Assembly (NCBI RefSeq): GCF_009914755.1
Contig: NC_060931.1
Reading direction: 5' to 3' (one strand)
Length of the DNA: 64,000 nucleotides
Source: the human T2T-CHM13v2.0 reference genome, Homo sapiens
Positions 45,746-58,128 of this stretch are shown here, one piece after another. The notes under the pieces are model-generated. The model was not told the DNA's origin. It searched no databases and saw only the letters and a list, made by a program, of their open reading frames with translations. Both the position numbers and the translations under genes were made by a program. Position 1 is the first letter of the stretch. Every line of letters begins with the position of its first letter.

Positions 45746-48163
45746 AGGTGATAAATGTGATAGACGAATATTTGTTTTCTTTTGGAATATTGACTATATT
45801 TTCAAGTTTTAAATTATAAGAAAATAATATTAATCATTGACTATCAGATACAATTCTTTTAATTTTAAACAAATTTCAGGTGATTATATAGCCAAGTTTT
45901 AAGCATAATTACAAAAATTTCAAAAAATATATACTGTTCTATATGTCTTTTTCATTTGAACAGTCTAAAGTTTGATTATGGGTGTTTTTCTTGTTTAATT
46001 TTAAATATGCAAAATGACTTTATAGTTGCTACCTTAGCCATAATAAAATAACCTTTATAACTTACCATTTAATTTGTATCCATGGATAGAAATGGCCCAT
46101 CTATTATACAACTTAAGCATTCTGGATTTTGAGGTTTCCCCCTTATATGTATTTTAGAAGAAATTTATATCATGTCACATTATTTTGTATATTTTATATT
46201 ATTGATTTTATAAGTCACTCTTTTTCTCTGCCAATGTTTTGACAATGCTTCTTATTTTGGATCTTTTTCATTAAAATCCTGCTAACACATTGCTTGTGTT
46301 AGCTGGAATTTAAAATATCACAGTTTAACTCATAGTCTCCAAAATATGTTTAACCTACAGGGCAGATGTTGGTTCCCTTCTCCCACAGGAGAGTTATTCC
46401 ACTATTGCCAGGCCACTAATTATTTCCAGAAAGAACATGTCTGCAACCTTTGGTGCCGCGGTGACCAATAGCATCATGTGCCATTAATACCAACGAGCAA
46501 TGCCCTTTTCTAAGGGAGGTGTGATGATCTCAAATTATTAAAGATACTAGACAGTTACATTCTAATGAGATAAGAATAACTGAAAATAGGATTTATTCAA
46601 GGACTTCTTTTCTAGCACTTTTAATCTATGTCGCCTAGCAGTCCAGTCCTATGTTAAGTAAGTATATTTTGATGAATGTTTTCCTTATAAACCCGTAGTG
46701 GAAAAATCATATTCTCACAAGAACCAGGCAGGTAACGAAAATAGTAAGCTGTTTAAAGTTTGGCCAAGGTACCGGCCTTTGAAAACACGTTTTCAGGTCA
46801 AACAAAACCCCTTGTCAATGATTTTCAACCTCAGAAAACTGTAATAGGAGAGATTCCCCTAAAAGTAGGGTTTTTTTTCTTCCATGTGCAAGTTTAAGAC
46901 AAATATTAATTCGTTCAGACTTATTCATACAAAACAGACTTGTTCAAAACGTGATCATAGAAAAGTTTATTATTTTTAAAAGAAAAGAAAACAATGAAGA
47001 GGTTATAGGGAACAGAATATGATATGGAATGGAAAGTAAGAATTTACAAACAGAGATGGAACTGGCTGTAGCACATAAAGTCAAGGATTTCAAATTCACT
47101 AACAACAGAAAACAAATCCTTCTCTGTGACAATTAGCTAACAGTAGCCTTTACTTTTTATGTGATAAATATCAACCTAATATTAAATGAATATTTATGGA
47201 GGAAATATTTTTAAAAATATTTGGTTAATAACAAACAGGTAAGATATCTTAGTATAAAACTTGGACAGCATTCCAGTAGTCCCCCTCCCCAAATACTCCA
47301 AAATCCTAATAATTTTCTAACAGAGTTTCATCCATGTTTCACTTAGATTTTTGGAAATTTAGAGTTTCTGACAGAACTGAAAAATCCGGCTATTCAGTAG
47401 CCAGATAACTAAGAAAAATGAAACCACATACAATGCTGAAATGGTTACTCTTCCATCTTGTCAGCCATTCAGTTTTCCACTGCAAAAGTAAGGACAATGC
47501 CCTTTTATGCTGTGAGAAGAGCTGAAAACATAGACATGGACTTAAGGTCCATAGACATGCCTTCAAGACAGTTTGGTGGTCTCCATTGCTTTGATCTCTT
47601 CAGATCCTATTCTGAATGGTACTCAGTTCCAGCCTACGTGTCACATTTGATTCTAGGCACATTTTCACCAAAATGTGCATGGGGTCAAGCTTCCAGTGAT
47701 CCCTTCTTATATTGTATTATCTTCTGGGTCCATATACCCTTGTCACACCACTTCATGATAGTTTGGACAGAATTTCTGTGGAAGCAGGTGCTGGTTGAAT
47801 AGAATTAACATTGCTAATGAAAGGCTAAGCTTCATTCAACTCCTTTCAGGTGCCACACAGTAGTAGATTTTGAGGTATGTGAGCTCAAGACAGTAGGTAA
47901 GTAAACCCTCTCTTTCACTTTCCCCAGAGGGATGTCTCAGGCAGTGTTGAAATTCAAACTGATAACTCGCTCTGTTATTTTGCATTAATCTGGTGATAAT
48001 CCAACAGTTTTAAAAACATTGTATAAAAATGTTTAAATAATTATTTGTAGTTGCATTTGCACGAACAACATATTTGTTATGATTGATTCGTTGCTGTTAA
48101 CCTTTAATGTGAGTTACAGTTCTACACATAGGGGGAATAGAATGGCCCACATGGCATTCAGGT

Positions 48164-48171
48164 TTATTTAC
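48164..48171 (-). CDS. HGF: NK1 isoform C-terminal read-through of exon 5 into intron 5 (G-K-stop)
   Basis: GAA G|GT AAA TAA; ORF 48164..48352 ends PQCSEGK*, the known NK1 C-terminus. Confidence 0.85.
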
Positions 48172-48314
48172 CTTCTGAACACTGAGGAATGTCACAGACT
48201 TCGTAGCGTACCTCTGGATTGCTTGTGAAACACCAGGGTCCCCCTTCTTCCCCTCGAGGATTTCGACAGTAGTTTTCCTGTAGGTCTTTACCCCGATAGC
48301 TCGAAGGCAAAAAG
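48172..48314 (-). CDS. HGF: HGF exon 5 (143 nt; 128 nt from the alternative acceptor at 48299), second half of kringle 1
   Basis: CTAG|CTTTTTG acceptor 5a, CGAG|CTATC acceptor 5b, AAG|GTAAAT donor; [28 protein letters not shown]. Confidence 0.98.
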
Positions 48315-51240
48315 CTAGTTTTAAAATGATAATCATTACAGTATAAGAGCATGCAACTTTTTTTTGCCTATTAATTTTACTAATTAGTGGGTATGTTTTT
48401 GCTGAAGGTAGAAAAATCCTTTATCTTATATTCCTTCATATATTTTACCTTAAAATTCTGTCATTTTCATCTGTCCTTAAAACGTTTGAATTTTATTAAC
48501 ATCCATTTAGCTGAATTTCCATATTCACCATCAAGTTAGAAAGATGAGCCTGTGAATTTGCTGAGTCAAACATTCTAGAACTGAATCGAAGTTGTCTGAA
48601 ACATAATTTCAAAGCTCCACTAAAAGATAGCAGGTGATTGAGCAAGGCCACTTAGGACAGAACTGAGAAATCGCTGCCACTGATTTTGAAATCTCACTAT
48701 TTCTTGCATTACTTATTTGAGATCATTACTTGTTTGTTTATTGCTTTTCTTATAAATAGCCCCCTTTTTTCTGCACAATTGAGAAACAGATTCATGAAGT
48801 AACATGAATAAAGAGCCCAGAATCCAGTTAAATCTGGGCTGAAACTTCAGCTCACTTTCTTACTGTGAGACCCCAGTAAGTAATTTAGCTTCTCTCAGCC
48901 TATTAGCTTACCTGTGCACTGAGTGTAACCATAACCTTTAACATCTTACACCTTATATGGTTATTTTGAGAAGCTCCAAGGGATAATAGAGTAATTGACA
49001 CTTAACAAATGCTACCTCTTATTAAGCACACTCCACTTTGTAGTCTGTATCTACTGTGTCCTAATAAAGAACAGAATTGCTTATTCTCTTCAATAATTTT
49101 GATCATTTTGACTGACTGGAGCTTAGTGATCCCAGTTTTGGTTTATAATAGTAAGCCATTGAGTGCAGTAACTGCAACACATTATCTTCACTTAAAATTT
49201 CTAGTGCCCTACTCTTAGTGTTATTACCAGCATAAAGTATTTTAACACATTAGAAAAGGCCAAGTCTTTTTTATACTTTTGTACTGCTTGTGATATTGGA
49301 CTCAACAATTAGATATTGCATTTGTCTGCCAGACTTTACACAAAAGATCATAATAAAGAATATACATCTACAGGTAATACCAGTAAACATTTCTTTGAAA
49401 ATCCAGTTACATTTTTAATATTCAGCTTGTGTTTTGTTAACAGGCTTTATTTCTACTTTTACTGAGACCTTGAGTTCTAAATGGCACTAAAATTAGAGTG
49501 AAGTCCAAGGATTTTAGTATCTTAGTAAATACCATTCAAATGTGTTTCCTACCCAATGAAACTTCTAATAAACCATCATTTTTCATGTTGTGACACAAAA
49601 CAAATACAGGTATGCGTCATGTACCAAGCAATATTTTGCAATGAAATTCTTTCATTTTGACATGAGTGTATTCTAGAGTTAAGTCTTCAGAAAATATAAA
49701 TTATTGGACAAAACAAATAGTGTAAGAGACTTATTACTAACTAAACATTTTCAGGGAACCAGTGAAGTATTATCCATATTATGCAACTTCAATGCATCTA
49801 AGTAGTAATAGTTAATATCCATACTTAACTAGCATTCCTCATATGGGGAAATAGAAATAAGACAGGTTGTCAGACCGTATGACTGACAAAAATTATAATG
49901 CAACTAAAATTCAGCATAATTTCACAATTCCTAACAGTAAACTTTTTTAAAAAGTCATTTTTCTTACTTTTAGCTCCATCATTCCAGAATATTTTAATGC
50001 ATCTTTTGTTTGGGCCATGGCTTACTCACTTTTCTGATAGAATCAAATGTGACTTTTGCTTTATATGTTTTCAAGAAGTCATGCACTAATCAAATTTATT
50101 TAAGCAAAGAATACTATAGCTCTCTTTTATGGAAAAGTTGATATGGTAGAGTGGTGAGAAGTTTATTTGTTAATCATAAAACCCATACGGTTGCCCCATA
50201 TCTATCACCTAAATAGTATACAACCTTAGTCCTTAGACAATTTATTTACTCCCTGGGTTTTAATCTCTTCACTTAGATGAATAATACGAACTATAATTTC
50301 CCTTTTTCTATATCATTTTATATATTAAGATTATTTAAGAAACCTAGTAGTTATAGCAAATGTTCAATACACAAATACTCAATATTTATAGTTTGAGAGA
50401 GGATTTTTGTCCCCTCTACACATGCACACCGAAATACACAAAGTGATACACCCATATACCTTTCCAGTGGATTTGTAAAGCCAAAAAAAAGCTGTGAGGA
50501 AGTAGTGAATTAATAAGTCAACAATTTATTAGGACAAATACAGGTAGAAAGGAAGAGAGAATAATGTAGAAATCAAAAGTAGATATGGCCAAAACACGAA
50601 TAAAATTCCCCCATTGGAGTTAATAAAATCAAAATGAAGAGAAAAGATGGGCTCCTTTCCACAATTCTGAATGCAATTCATATCAAAAACCTCTCTAGGA
50701 CATGAAGGTTAAAGAGCAGTCTGGGTCATCTCTTTTCTTCATTCTGTGGTGTATTTTATCTTTTACCTAAATTAACTGTTTTTTTTTGTTAGTGTCCCAA
50801 TGTATTTCCCCTGCTTTTCTTTAGCACCCCATATTTGACCAAGGGATGAAGCCTAGCCATGCTCTTTCACTTATGTGTGTTCATTCAACAAGTGTTTATG
50901 AGAACCCATTACACACAAAGCATGTGCCAGTCAGCAGATTCTGTAATAAGCATTTATTCATATATACACTATTTTTGGTTCTCTGTCCTTGCTGTTGGCA
51001 AGGCTTTAAGAGAGACAAGTGAGGAAATGTTTAAAATTGGGTTACATCCAAATATACTTTGAAATATAAACTAGGTCTTCTAGGTGCTAGGCTCCCTTTG
51101 TTTTCTTTTAATATTCACTGTGTTCCTAGGAAACTTGATCTATTCCATCATCTGATTCATTAATGAATGCTGGGTGGCCAATGAAGGATACAGATGTAGA
51201 TATCAGGTCACCTGATTTTCTAGTTAAGCTTCTACATTAA

Positions 51241-51264
51241 TTTCATCATCTTTCATCATCTTTC
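51241..51264 (-). promoter_or_regulatory. HGF: (GATGATGAAA)x2 tandem repeat; site of DFNB39 deletions c.482+1986_1988delTGA and c.482+1991_2000del; intact
   Basis: Counting from the exon 4 donor (+1 = 53240), +1991..+2000 = 51250..51241 = GATGATGAAA and +1986..+1988 = 51255..51253 = TGA, matching the recalled variant descriptions exactly. Confidence 0.9.
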
Positions 51265-51934
51265 CATTAAGCCACTAGTAAAATATTTCAATTTAGGGGT
51301 CAACAATAAATCATTCCTCCAGACAGAAACATATTTCTTTTTCTATTTTCTGTAAAATTAATCTTTAGTCAACACTTAAAAGTGTTAAACCATCATGCAG
51401 ATATTCCAATAAGCTGCTAATTGATGAAAATTATGTGTTTCCCTCATTGAATACAAAAAGGGATTTTATTAATATACTGGATCCTCTCGGCCATAAACAT
51501 CTATATCACAAGGAAGTGTTCATTGGTAAAAGAGCTGATTGGACTAGGAAGCCAGTTCCCAGAGAGATCTATTTCACAATTACTCCTCCAGCAGAGAATC
51601 ACGATCATAGAAAACTCAGGGTGAAATAAGACCTCTACTAGGTTAATCTAATGCATTCTCCTGGACTAGGGTAGGATTGATTTCAAATGTCATTCCTTTG
51701 TTCATGAAAAACTTAGATCCATCTACTTAAATAAAATGTTTTCTTCACTATGCAGGGAGTAACACCATGCAAACTCTCAAAAGAGGACAAAACCAATTAT
51801 AATTTTTGTTTTTGTAATATAAGGAAAATACTGTGTTTTAGAGGCATTTCTACATAATTGTAAGTAACTAATTTTGAAAATTGTTGTTTTCTGTTATTGA
51901 AATGTTGTAGAGATGATCAGCTTGGACACTTACT

Positions 51935-51980
51935 AGCTAGTGTTAATTAGGCCAAGATCATAGGTTTAATCCCAGTGTGG
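51935..51980 (+). mobile_element. tRNA-Ile-derived ancient SINE head relic (MamSINE1-like)
   Basis: GTGTTAATTAGGCCAAGATCATAGGTTTAATCCC resembles tRNA-Ile GTGCTAATAACGCCAAGGTCGCGGGTTCGATCCC; many of the differences fall at CpGs. Confidence 0.55.
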
Positions 51981-52678
51981 AGCAACAAACTCTTTTTCTT
52001 TCTGTGTTGGTCAATAACTCATCTCTGTTTCCTAATGAAGAATCATCTTGCAGAATTGTGTCCCCAAAATGGAATAGAATAAAAAGTGGATTCAACAAGG
52101 CAGTCATCACCACCACTGCAAAAACAAATCACAGCATGGGTTCTACTGACCGGCCAAATGTGTCATGCCCTGAAGTTGTTAAAAGCGCAGGTTATAGAGT
52201 GATGGTGACTGGGCTTATATTCTGGCCATGTCACTTCCTAGTTGTGCATGACACTGAAAACTTACTAAGTGTTTTTATGCTTCAGTTTTGTCATGTAGGT
52301 AAAATAGAACCAATAAAACTACCCGCTGTGTGGTTCTCATTACAAGTAAATGAGATTAACAAGGTACAGTGCTCAGCAAGGTACATGGTAAAGTAAACCC
52401 TCCAATGCATTACTAATAAGGGGAGAGCTGTTTTAAACTACTTTGGTTTCTGATAAAATTGTGTGTGAAATAAGCCTTGACTAATACTCCAGTCAGTATT
52501 AGATATCTATGTTTTTCCTCAGTGATGATTAAAACTCTCAGTCTGACGAGCCTAAGTATATTGTGTTTACTCATCTTTAAATAGTACCCATCTGTCGTAA
52601 TGAACACATTTATCCAATTTGGTCTTTAGGCGATAGGTGAGATGGAAAAGCTGGTCAATCTGAAGCTTGAGCTTTTAG

Positions 52679-52857
52679 CAGTGGTTCTCAAATTTGGCTG
52701 CACTTTGGAATCATGGTGGGAGCTCAAAAAATACTGGTGCCCTATTCTCCCCAGAGATTCTGATTTAATTGTTCTGTGTTGTCATCTTCTAAGTAAGATT
52801 CGTCAAGGGCTTGCAGCAGGTGATTTTAATGTGCAACCAATGTTGAGATCCACCAAG
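52679..52857 (+). mobile_element. MER5A-like hAT-Charlie relic
   Basis: CAGTGGTTCTCAAATTTGGCTGCAC...CAGAGATTCTGATTTAATTG...CAGGTGATTTTAATGTGCA...GTTGAGA. Confidence 0.8.
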
Positions 52858-53240
52858 GTTAAAGAACCCTCAGCCCTCAGTAAGATTCTCATCTACCTCT
52901 GATTTTTCACAATCAACCTCTCCCCCTGCACAGTGCCGTACTTTCTCAAAGACAGGAAGAAGAATCCTTTTAAACGAAGTTTACGTTATTATTTCACAAA
53001 TACCGAGATCTACAAATTGAGGCATTAAGGTAAGATATTGTTTTGGCTACATTTTATTAACATATTAATTAATCATTTGCTAAATATCAGTCATGAATTC
53101 ATATAAACCTTGCCGTAATACAATTCAGCAAGTTGGCTAAGTTATTTTAGGATTGTAGAATTATTCTGAAGGACTAATATGAGACTGTTAACATGTAAAA
53201 AAGACAGAGGCTTCATCTCTTTTCTTCATACTGTTCTTAC

Positions 53241-53355
53241 CTGTGTTCGTGTGGTATCATGGAACTCCAGGGCTGACATTTGATGCCACTCTTAGTGATA
53301 GATACTGTTCCCTTGTAGCTGCGTCCTTTACCAATGATGCAGTTTCTAATGTAGT
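53241..53355 (-). CDS. HGF: HGF exon 4 (115 nt), first half of kringle 1, [37 protein letters not shown]
   Basis: AATAG|ACTAC acceptor, CAG|GTAAGA donor; manual translation. Confidence 0.98.
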
Positions 53356-54743
53356 CTATTGAAGAAAGTAGATAAAATTATTGCAACTATGCAAAACATA
53401 TGCAGTATTTAAGAAAAAAATTCCGTTCAAACCTGTAAGTAATTAACTCTTGTAAACTATTTCAAATAACATTGAAATTTCTTGCCTAAAGCTTCTACTA
53501 GTATTTTCAAAATAACACATTTCTGAATAATCCAAAACAAACAGATGATTGAGAAGTTTTAATTTTGTGTATATATGCATAGATAGCTCCAGAGAGCAGT
53601 CGCTGTACTTAACATAGTCTGTATACTCAGCTAGCCAAGCAATTATGATTTGCTCAAATATATAGACCATTTTAAGAAAATATTAAAAACAAAAATTAAA
53701 TGATTTTTAAAACCTATATTGAATTCAAAAAGTTACCTAAGATAATTAATTTGTCCTTCTTAGTAAAATTGTGTGGATTTTTGTTTATATATGCATATGC
53801 ATGAGGTAGCTTGCTTATTAGTTTCCATATTTTTGCAAACATTTCCACTGCTGATAGGACAACCAAATTGTAATAACCTATATATTCCTACCAAATAATA
53901 GTACATGCAGTTGTTAGCAAGCTAGAAGACAGTTTGAAGTAAGAATGGTGTTATACTAGATCATGAATTATGTTCAAGATTTGTAGTATTATTGAGGTGT
54001 ATAAAGATTAACTTACTTCTACCATAAATTTATTTTTAATTTTATTTAAACATTTACCCTATTAACTTGAAAACATCTATATATTGTACCAGGTTATGTA
54101 TCTGAATTTAATAGGACATGGTTGTTTAACATTCTTCAATTATTTCATTTACTTGATTCTGCTTTTGAACAAAGTAAATACCTAGTGAACATAATATCAG
54201 ACCACCAGAATAGGCAATCAGCAAATAATATGGTCTCAATTCCTCCTTTAAATATTTTTTTCAAGTATATGATGAAACATAGTCCCAACTCATTTCTCCA
54301 AAATCTCCATATTTTGTTATCATCAGTAATCATCACTATAATTTAGTTATCCAACATTGTTAAATGCAAAATACTATAGCAAACTCAGAATTTGCTGTAA
54401 TATAAAGTGTTTTAAACTTTATAATGAAAGAAAGTAGCACTTTCTAAAATGAACATGGAGAATGCCAGTTCTAGGAGATGCTCCAAAAAAATAAAAATAA
54501 AAATAAACAGAGGGAGGAAGGGAATCAAGATTATGAAAAGTTTTGAAAATGTTCTCCTTAAAGTACCATACTAAAAATAGTCAAGATACTAGTTTCAACT
54601 GTCTTAATGGATGAATTGACTACATAAAATATCTCATATATAGTAGAAAAATCAGTGAGAAAGACCACTCTGGCAGGAAATTACAAACATACATTTCATT
54701 ATACTTTATTTCATTATGCAATATTTAGGGAGAAGTCAGTTAC

Positions 54744-54856
54744 CTTTGTTTTCATAGAGGTCAAATTCATGGCCAAATTCTTTTTTCACTCCACTTGACA
54801 TGCTATTGAAGGGGAACCAGAGGCATTGTTTTCTTGCTTTATCAAAAACAAAAGCC
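54744..54856 (-). CDS. HGF: HGF exon 3 (113 nt), C-terminal half of N/PAN domain, [37 protein letters not shown]
   Basis: TTTTTCAG|GGCT acceptor, AAG|GTAACT donor. Confidence 0.98.
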
Positions 54857-55523
54857 CTGAAAAAAATATCAGAATGAAAAGAAGAAATACTACTATTTAT
54901 ACAGTATTTAAAGAATGGGCATATGGTTCATCTTGTCCATGGGCATATGGACAATATAGAAACAAATGCATAATTACATATACATAATAAAAATATGAGT
55001 AAAATTTGAACCTACCATTTTGATAGCCAAACAAGAAAGAACAAAATTAAGTTTTTGTAGGAGTAGATTTAAATATCAGATTGAATACTCTTTGGAATAT
55101 TCTCATGTTATTCCAAAAGGCTTGTAGAAAAATAACAGTTTTAACATGCAAAATCAATATGTAACACAACTATTTAAATTATTTCTGAAGGCTTTATTTT
55201 TCTGTAACTTCACAGAAAGTTGGAATATTTTTATCCACACTTGTACAAAATGGTATTATATTTGAGATATTTAAGCTATCTCAATTATATCTGAGATATC
55301 AGGAGTAATTTACAAAGTGTATAACTGTAAAAAATATATTCTAAAATGACATTTTCTAAGGTGCATTAGATATATCAATGCGCTAGGGATTCTCCTAAAA
55401 AGTGGGATCTGAAACCAAGTGTTTGGAAATTTTTGCATATAATGTAATTTTTTGGTGAATTATAAAACATTGCAGTTTATTAAAAGCTATGAAAATCTTG
55501 TTGAGGATAACTATTTAAGCTAA

Positions 55524-55823
<300 letters not shown>

Positions 55824-56713
55824 AAGCATTTTTAATTTAAAGAAAACTAGTAATATTAGAGAATATCTTTTTGACATAACATCTTAAAGAAAGTTATGAA
55901 GACATACCACCCCTACTATTCCTATAGCTAAGTATTATATTGGTTTTTTGTTATTGTTCACTAAAAGAACCTATTTATATAACAAAATGATAAATACGCA
56001 AAAAAATGATAAATTTGTTTTTAAGTGATTCCATCTGTAAAGTGGGTGACAGGATTTCCAGTTTGCTGATCTCATTCACTCTTTCTCTCGTTCCAATACA
56101 ATGACAAATTCTTTAAGAAAAGTGTTTCTTATATTATTTTACACCTCCATATAAAGTGGGTGGAAGCCATCAAATTCCGTAAGTTGCATCTTCTTTTAGG
56201 TTTGACTTTTAGAGTCTTTATCTTAACATCGTTCTAGTTGTAATCTTTTCCACAGCTTATTTTGTCTATTTCCTATTTGTTGATGGCAGGAAGGCAATTC
56301 TAGTACCAGTTGCCAGCCATGGCTAAAAGAGGAAAGCTTCCTATCTTATTAAGTGAATTTATGAATGAGCTATTTCCTGAAGAGCTTAGAATCAGGCATT
56401 CTTGGTCATCTTTCCTACCCAGCAAAGAATAATTTGAATCTCTAGGAAATCAATATTGTTGATAACTTCTCAAGGAAAAACAATATTTAAGAATGTTCCA
56501 CCTCACACTCATTCACGTCACAGATGGTTTCGCACACTTCTTTGGTATTTTATAAGTGGTTTACGGTATTTTTCATTGTTTTTAAATAATTATGTTTTAT
56601 ATAACATGTCTAGAAACAACATCCTTTGATTCATTAAGACCCTAAGTTCATAGTATCATAGTATGTTCATTCAATTCTATATAGCTAAGATATTTAATAA
56701 TCCCAAATACATA

Positions 56714-56728
56714 TGTGTGTCTATGTGC

Positions 56729-56775
<47 letters not shown>
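56714..56775. repeat. (GT)n microsatellite with an imperfect 5' part
   Basis: Direct reading. Confidence 0.97.
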
Positions 56776-56779
<4 letters not shown>

Positions 56780-57788
56780 AGGAGGATTTTACCATTTCTG
56801 GGCCAAAAAATCTTGGCTCTAATACATAATATTACCTGTGGTTTTCTGCACAGGTTGCCATAAATTTGGAGAATAAATATAACTCAACCAAAATATGGTA
56901 GGAAAGTATGAAATCTCATATATATGGAATATGTGAGCACTTACTAATTTATTAATGTCTTCTCCAGTAAAATCATTTTAGTTCCTAGTAAATAGAACAA
57001 AAGGAAAGTTTTTCTTTCCTAAGTATACGGTTGACTAATGTGAAAATTGAATGGTAGCAATACTTTCCTTACTTGTGGGTCCAAGAGAGCTTATTTTCAA
57101 AGTTAAAAATCAGCAATGAGGTGTCCTCTCCTTCCCTTTTCCCTGCCCTTCCAGCCCTGAGAGGGGAAAATACAACTCTATCCTCCTCAACTGCTGGAAC
57201 ATCTCCATGAATCTACACAGCTGAGATGTTGATTGAGAGTAGTTGTCTCTATTTCTAACAATAGCAAGGCTTTTATAGGAAAGTCAGGGAATAAAACAGA
57301 ATTATCATAGGAATATACTTGCAAAGTCAATTCCCACTCCTCTTGCCAGGAACTATCTCCCGGAAATTGGCAGTTTCACTCTAGAAATGGAAAGCAGACA
57401 GTCTTTCCTCAACCTAAACCTGATAAAGATCTTTTCTGACCATGCTCTTCCTCTCAGGCCCATAACATTTATTTCTCTGAAAAAGGCAAGATGAAATTAG
57501 GACCACTTGCCATGACATTACTAAACCCTGTGGTCACATTATGGGTCACTACCTAAATGTAATTGAGTAGAATTTAATATGTACAGGATTTTATGCATGA
57601 CCCTGTTAAAAAAAAAAAAAAGATAAAATAGGGAGTGAAAGAGTGGGAAATAAGTGAGGTAAGATAATGAAGAACTAAAAAAATGTGTCTTCTTCTGACA
57701 GTTTAGGAGACGATTCAAATGAAATTGTCACCCTCTTAGCCCAAAACAAAGAGTTTTATCTTCTGGGATCACTGGCAAAGTAATAAGG

Positions 57789-58128
57789 CATCAGTTCCCA
57801 ACCTTTTTGGCACCAGGGACTGGTTTATTTTTCCAAGGGTGTGGAGTGGGGGTGGGGGTGGGCCGGGGAGCGGGGAATGGTTTTGGGATGAAACTGTTCC
57901 ACTTCAGATCATCAGGCACTAGATTCTCATAAGGAGCGCACACCCTAGATCCCACTCATGTGCAGTTAACAATGGGGTTCAGCTCCTATGAGAATCTAAT
58001 GTGGCAGATCCAACAGGAGGTGGAGCTCAGGCAGTAATGCTCACTGGCCTGCAGCTCACTCCCGCTGTGAGGCCTGTTTCTTAACAGGCCACAGACTAGT
58101 GGCAGGGGTAGGGGGTTAAGGACCCCTG
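57789..58128 (+). mobile_element. MER1B-like hAT-Charlie element
   Basis: CCCAACCTTTTTGGCACCAGGGAC...TAGATTCTCATAAGGAGCG...GGACCCCTG; 8-bp TSD TA(A/G)TAAGG at 57781-57788 and 58129-58136. Confidence 0.88.

Noticed and set aside
51977-52396. Longest + strand ORF (139 aa)
   Set aside because: Non-ATG start, no recognisable domain, overlaps MIR-like sequence; expected by chance
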